DNA of 64,000 nt, taken from Planctomycetota bacterium (lineage in GTDB: Bacteria > Planctomycetota > UBA8108 > SXIK01). Positions 58,931-64,000 of this stretch are shown one piece after another. The stretch lies in NCBI GenBank assembly GCA_965223265.1, contig OZ244999.1, forward strand, positions 7,360,001 through 7,424,000. The letters run 5' to 3'. Positions within the stretch are counted from its first letter, which is position 1; each line of letters opens with the position of its first letter. The notes under the pieces were generated by a model. The model was not told the origin of the DNA. It made no database searches and saw only the letters and a program-made list of their open reading frames with translations. The position numbers and the translations under genes are program-made.

Positions 58931-60763
58931 CTACTTTCGGTACTGCAGCTCGTAGAGTCGCGCGTAGATCCCACCTCGAGCCATGAGATCGGCATGTCGA
59001 CCGGACTCACGGATCTCGCCCTTGTGGAGTACAACGATACGATCGGCCCTTCGGATGGTCGACAATCGGTGCGCAATGACGATCGCCGTACGGTTTTCGA
59101 GAACTTTCTCGAGCGCGTCCTGGATCAACACTTCCGTTTCAGTGTCGACGTTCGCAGTGGCTTCGTCCAATACGAGAAAATCAGGTCCGTGCGCCAGTAC
59201 ACGCGCGAACGAAAGCAGCTGCTTTTCTCCTACCGAAAGCTCGCCTCCACGCTCGGCGAGCACATGCTCATATCCCGCCGGTAGCCTCTCGATGAATCGC
59301 TGCGCGTTGACGTGAACAGCGGCGCTCTCGATGTCCGCGTCGGTGATTGCTTCGTTGCCCAACCGGATGTTGTCGCGCACCGAGCGGGAGAACAGGAATA
59401 CGTCTTGAAGAACGATGCCGATTCTGCGCCGAAGATCACGCTTGGAGTAGGCTCGCACATCGAAGCCGTCGAGCGAAATGCTCCCTCGCTGCACGTCGTA
59501 AAGCCGGGTCAGCAGATTCACGATGGTGCTCTTACCGGCGCCGGTGGCACCAACGATGGCCACGACCTCCCCTGGCGCGACGTCAAAGCTGATGTCGCGG
59601 AGGACGAAGTCGTCGTCGCGGTACGCAAACCATACGTTTTCAAAACGCACACGACCGCTCAGTTTCTTCGGTAACGCATCGTCGCTCGGCGAACGTTTCA
59701 TTCCCGGCTGCGTGTCCAAGATCCCGAAAACCCTCTCGGCGGCGGCCATGGCCGATTGCAAAATGTTGTAGCGTTCCGCCATGTCGCGGATCGGCTGAAA
59801 GAAGCGCCCGAGGAAAACCCAGAAGAGGTAGAACTCGCCCCAACTAAGAGAACCGGCGTCAATCATTCCGCCGCCCATCCAAATGATCGCGACGAGCGTG
59901 AGCGTGCTGAGCAGCTCAACAGACGGAAAGTACAAGGCATATGCGTTCACCGTGCGTAGGAACGTCGTCAGATAGCGTTGGTTGATGTCACTGTATCGCT
60001 GCGCGGCTGCCTCCTGTCGATCAAAGAGCTGGATCACATTCATACCTTGAATCGACTCTTGGGTGTAGGCGTTCAGCTGCGAGAGGTGACGCCGCTGATC
60101 GCGATAGTAATCGCGTGCTTTGCTGCGGAATATGAACGTCGCCAAGAGCAGAAACGGCACGACCGCAAGTGTGACCAACGCCAGCTGGACGTTCTTCATG
60201 ACGAGCGCAACTGCGATGCCGATCAAGATCAACACGTCCGCAACAAACGTCACCACGCCGCTGGCCAGCAGCTCATTGAGCGCTTCGATGTCGCTCGTAA
60301 TCCGCGTCACGAGTCGTCCCACTGGGTTGCGGTCGTAGAAGGAAAGCGGTAGGCGTTGGAGATGGCGAAAAAGCTCCATACGCAGGTCAAGCATGACCAG
60401 CTGTCCGATCTTCGCCATCGAGTAGGCCTGTATGAACCGAAAGACGATGAGGGCGACTGAAGTGGCGACAAAAACGCCGCCGAGGAAGAGGAGCTGGCGA
60501 AAGTTCGCAGCCGATTCTTCAGGCGTCGAAGCCTCTGCACGGATGCTTGTCGCGAGCGGACCATCGATCGCGATCTGGCCGATGAATGGTCCGACGATGC
60601 TGAGGGCAGTGACGACCAGGATCAGCGCGAGCGTGCCCAAGATGCGCAGTTTGTAGGGTGCAGCGTAGCGCAAGAGCCTCGCCATGAGGTGGCGATCGAA
60701 GGCTTTGCCAACATGCACGTCGTCGTGCAGGAAGTCATCTGAACTGGAAGAGTGCTGGCTCAT
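58931..60763 (-). CDS. ABC exporter permease/ATPase, subunit B of a heterodimer
   Basis: Transmembrane domain plus GATGAGKST, degenerate signature LSVGEKQL and canonical LVLDE. Confidence 0.95.
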   Translation of the reverse strand: MSQHSSSSDDFLHDDVHVGKAFDRHLMARLLRYAAPYKLRILGTLALILVVTALSIVGPFIGQIAIDGPLATSIRAEASTPEESAANFRQLLFLGGVFVATSVALIVFRFIQAYSMAKIGQLVMLDLRMELFRHLQRLPLSFYDRNPVGRLVTRITSDIEALNELLASGVVTFVADVLILIGIAVALVMKNVQLALVTLAVVPFLLLATFIFRSKARDYYRDQRRHLSQLNAYTQESIQGMNVIQLFDRQEAAAQRYSDINQRYLTTFLRTVNAYALYFPSVELLSTLTLVAIIWMGGGMIDAGSLSWGEFYLFWVFLGRFFQPIRDMAERYNILQSAMAAAERVFGILDTQPGMKRSPSDDALPKKLSGRVRFENVWFAYRDDDFVLRDISFDVAPGEVVAIVGATGAGKSTIVNLLTRLYDVQRGSISLDGFDVRAYSKRDLRRRIGIVLQDVFLFSRSVRDNIRLGNEAITDADIESAAVHVNAQRFIERLPAGYEHVLAERGGELSVGEKQLLSFARVLAHGPDFLVLDEATANVDTETEVLIQDALEKVLENRTAIVIAHRLSTIRRADRIVVLHKGEIRESGRHADLMARGGIYARLYELQYRK

Positions 60764-60768
60764 CGCTG

Positions 60769-62514
60769 CTACATGCTCTCCAGTTCGTCTGAGATCAGCT
60801 GCAAGCGGTACATTTCGGCGTAGATGCCATCCAGCCGCACAAGCTCTTCGTGATCGCCCTGCTCGGCGATGCGCCCGTCGTCGAGCACGTAGATGCGATC
60901 GGCGCTGCGGATACTGGAGATCCGGTGCGACACGACGAGCGTCGTGAGCCCCTCGGTGTAGCGCCGCAAGTTCTGGAGGATTTCCTCCTCGGTCTCGGTG
61001 TCAACGGCCGAGAGAGCGTCGTCGAGAATCAGGATCCGGGGCTGAATGATGAGAGCGCGCGCCAACGCCGCACGTTGCCGTTGGCCTCCGGAAAGCGTCA
61101 CCCCCCGCTCCCCGACGCGCTCTTCGAAGCGGCTCGGAAAGCCGTCGATATCTACGGCGAGTCGGGTCAGTTCCGCAGCGGCCCTCACCCTGTCCATGTC
61201 GACCTCGTCACACCCGAACGCGATGTTGCGGCTGATCGTCTGGGAGAAGAGGAAACTCTCTTGCGGCACGAATCCGATGGCTCGGCGCAGATCAGAGAGC
61301 GGCAGATCGTTGACGTCACGCCCGTCGACGCGAACGGCCCCAACCGGCACGGGGTAGATGCGGGGAATCATGCTCAGGAGCGTTGATTTCCCTGAGCCTG
61401 TGCGGCCGATGATGGCGACGCTCTCGCCGCTCTGCACGTCGAGATCGATGCCGTGAAGGACTTCCTTCTGCCCGTACGAGAACGAAAGGTTTCTGATCGA
61501 GATCGCGCCGTCGACGTCCTGCTTCACGAGAGGCCCGGCGGAAGCGCCGTCGACGACGCGCGGTTTGTGCGCAAGCAGGCTGCGCAAGCGATCAACGCTC
61601 GCACTGCCGCGCTGGTACTGGTTCACGACCCAGCCAATCGACAGCATTGGCCAGAGCAGCGATAGCAAATAGCCGGTGAACTTGACGAGGTCATCAAGGT
61701 TCAGCGTGCCGTTCAGGATCATGACGCCGCCAACAAGAAGGATAAAAATCTGCCCCAGGTCGCCGACACCGCCGATGATCGGGTGCATCCAGGCGGAATA
61801 CATCGCGGCGCGGAGATTCTCAGAGTAGTACTTGCGCGCCGCGCGCCCGAATCGTTCGGTCTCTTTGTGTTCGAGTCCGAACGACTTAACGACACGCACG
61901 CCCGCGAAATCCTCCTGAGCGTGCGAACTCAGTTGCGATAGCGTCTCCTGCGCCTTGAGCATCTGAGCATGAACTCGAGGGCCGATGAGGCGCACCGAGA
62001 TCGTGAGCAGACTGAGCGGCAGCAGGACCACCAGCGTCAGCACCCAGCTGAGCGACACCATGAGCGGTATGGCCACGAGGAGCATGAAGAACGTGCTCAC
62101 GGAGTACATCACCACCGGCCCGATGATGACGCGTGTACGATCGACGTCGGATGACATGCGCGCCATGAGATCGCCCGTATGGGTCGTCTTGAAAAACAGC
62201 GCGTCGAGCCCCTGAACATGCCGAAAAATGTGGTTGCGCAGATCAAACTCGGCCCGCCGCGACGCACCGATCGTCAGTGAGCGCGTCGCGTAGAGCGTCA
62301 CCGCACGCACCACAGCGCAGACAAGAACCCAGCTGACGATCGTCTTGAGCTCGCCGGTAACGCGCCCTTGCTCTTGAAGGCTACCGACAGCCTCCCCCGT
62401 AAAATAGGGAATCCCGAGGTGCGCGACGATCGACACAGGCTGCAGGAGAATCCCCGCTGTGTAGTGTGGCCAGTACGGGTGGCAGTAGGGATACAGAAAG
62501 CGGAGTGCCTGCAT
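60769..62514 (-). CDS. ABC exporter permease/ATPase, subunit A of a heterodimer
   Basis: GRTGSGKST, LSGGQRQR and degenerate Walker B ILILDD; start probably ATG 62514. Confidence 0.95.
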   Translation of the reverse strand: MQALRFLYPYCHPYWPHYTAGILLQPVSIVAHLGIPYFTGEAVGSLQEQGRVTGELKTIVSWVLVCAVVRAVTLYATRSLTIGASRRAEFDLRNHIFRHVQGLDALFFKTTHTGDLMARMSSDVDRTRVIIGPVVMYSVSTFFMLLVAIPLMVSLSWVLTLVVLLPLSLLTISVRLIGPRVHAQMLKAQETLSQLSSHAQEDFAGVRVVKSFGLEHKETERFGRAARKYYSENLRAAMYSAWMHPIIGGVGDLGQIFILLVGGVMILNGTLNLDDLVKFTGYLLSLLWPMLSIGWVVNQYQRGSASVDRLRSLLAHKPRVVDGASAGPLVKQDVDGAISIRNLSFSYGQKEVLHGIDLDVQSGESVAIIGRTGSGKSTLLSMIPRIYPVPVGAVRVDGRDVNDLPLSDLRRAIGFVPQESFLFSQTISRNIAFGCDEVDMDRVRAAAELTRLAVDIDGFPSRFEERVGERGVTLSGGQRQRAALARALIIQPRILILDDALSAVDTETEEEILQNLRRYTEGLTTLVVSHRISSIRSADRIYVLDDGRIAEQGDHEELVRLDGIYAEMYRLQLISDELESM

Positions 62515-62744
62515 GCGAACGGCGGGTCTTTCGGTTACGAGTGGAGACGAAGGCGTCGTGCAAGGCCTCGATCGTGTATCGAAACGACGGATTCTAAGAG
62601 AGTAAGTAGCCGCAAGCAAACGACATTAGTCAGGCTCGAACAGGATCTCCGGCACAGGTCCTGTCCTTTCAAGCGCATGCGAGATTCGTTAGAATGCTGC
62701 GCTGACTGCGCCGAGTCATCCCATCCCCGCCAAGGAGCGAACGC

Positions 62745-64000
62745 ATGTCCCTGAGCCTGCGCATTCGACTGTCCATCATGATGTTCCTGCAGTACTTCAT
62801 CTGGGGAGCATGGTTCGTCACCATGGGCACGTACATGCTGGACTCCGAATCCGGCCTGGCCTTCGAGCTTGGTCACGTCGGTCGCGCCTACAATGCGGCC
62901 CCCGTCGCAGCGATCATTTCGCCATTCATTGTCGGCCTGATCGCAGATCGCTTTTTTGCCACACAGTGGATTCTCGGTTTTCTGCATCTCGCCGGTGGCG
63001 CCTTCATGTTTTGGCTTTCGACTCTCACACAAGGCACGGCGTTTGGCATGTTTTGGCTGGTGCTCATGGGGCACACGCTCGTCTACATGCCGACGCTGGC
63101 TCTGACGAACTCGCTATCGTTTCGTCAGATGACAGACCCTTCACGTGAGTTTCCGCCGATACGGGTTCTCGGCACTCTCGGTTGGATCGCGTCGAGCGGC
63201 TTGGCCGGCATACTGATCGTGACGGCCTCCGGCGGCATAACACTCGACATCCCATGGCTCTTCGGAGACGTCAGCGGTCAGAGTGGGGAACGAACGAGTT
63301 ATCCGATGAAGATCGCGGCGATCTCCAGCATTGTCATGGGACTCTACTGCTTCTCACTTCCCCACACTCCCCCTGCACGGCGTGAGGGCAAGGTTTCTCT
63401 AAGAGAAATCGTTGGCTGGGACGCACTGAAAATGATGAAGGACGCTCCTTTCGCCGTCTTTGTCATCGGCTCATTTCTGATCTGTTGGCCGCTGCAGTTC
63501 TACTATGCCGGAGCAAACGCCTTCCTGAATAGCTTTGGAGGCGCTGGCATGGAGCAGTTGCCGCCTTTCGAAAACGCCGCGACAAAGCAGACTTTGGGAC
63601 AGTGGTCCGAACTCGTCTTCATGCTGATCATGCCATGGTTTTTCGTCCGCCTTGGTGTCAAGAAGATGCTCCTTTTCGGCATGTTGGCGTGGGTGATCCG
63701 ATACGTCCTTTTCGCTTACGGTGATTCGACGCCGTCGAAGGTGTGGATGCTCTATGGCGGGATCCTTCTTCACGGCATCTGTTACGACTTCTTCTTCGTC
63801 ACGGGACAAATCTATGTCGATAAGAAAGCCCCGGACCACATTCGCGCTTCTGCTCAGGGATTCATAACGTTTGTCACGATCGGTCTCGGGCTTTTCATAG
63901 GATCTGAAATCTTTGCTGCCCTGGGTTCAGGAGTTCAAGCGCTTGATGTAGCCAAGCGGTGGTATTGGATATGGATCATTCCGGCAGCACACGCTTTCGT
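62745..64000 (+). CDS. Nucleoside:H+ symporter family MFS permease (NupG/XapB-like), truncated by the window end
   Basis: AAGGAG ribosome-binding site; translated by hand as MSLSLRIRLSIMMFLQYFIWGAWFVT...GLIADRFF...LHGICYDFFFVTGQIYVD; not in the ORF track because there is no stop in the window. Confidence 0.9.
   Translation, partial: MSLSLRIRLSIMMFLQYFIWGAWFVTMGTYMLDSESGLAFELGHVGRAYNAAPVAAIISPFIVGLIADRFFATQWILGFLHLAGGAFMFWLSTLTQGTAFGMFWLVLMGHTLVYMPTLALTNSLSFRQMTDPSREFPPIRVLGTLGWIASSGLAGILIVTASGGITLDIPWLFGDVSGQSGERTSYPMKIAAISSIVMGLYCFSLPHTPPARREGKVSLREIVGWDALKMMKDAPFAVFVIGSFLICWPLQFYYAGANAFLNSFGGAGMEQLPPFENAATKQTLGQWSELVFMLIMPWFFVRLGVKKMLLFGMLAWVIRYVLFAYGDSTPSKVWMLYGGILLHGICYDFFFVTGQIYVDKKAPDHIRASAQGFITFVTIGLGLFIGSEIFAALGSGVQALDVAKRWYWIWIIPAAHAF

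Overview
GC-rich bacterial chromosome segment, most likely Planctomycetota (inferred from dockerin-tailed CotH/lamin-tail proteins, an ECF sigma-Ser/Thr kinase pair, a Tat-exported Gfo/Idh/MocA enzyme and a nucleoside permease). It holds about 45 genes, mostly metabolic or housekeeping: LysR-gltBD, a siroheme nitrite/sulfite reductase, moaA, rpiB, polX, an SplB-like radical SAM enzyme and a heterodimeric ABC exporter. The most interesting signals are: (1) a complete sigma54 transcription unit directly after a GAF-GAF enhancer-binding protein gene (enhancer box, IHF-like site, -24/-12 promoter, strong terminator) that would produce only a ~100-nt hairpin RNA, i.e. a candidate activator-sRNA module; (2) a bacterial copy of the archaeal/eukaryotic tRNA pseudouridine synthase Pus10; (3) two further promoter-to-terminator candidate small RNAs (sigma28-like and sigma70-like); (4) three copies of a ~178-bp fold-back MITE at CTAA sites plus a second, different element bounded by inverted repeats. 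No rRNA, tRNA, CRISPR array, transposase, integrase or reverse transcriptase was recognised. All calls come from reading motifs by eye; no database search was run.
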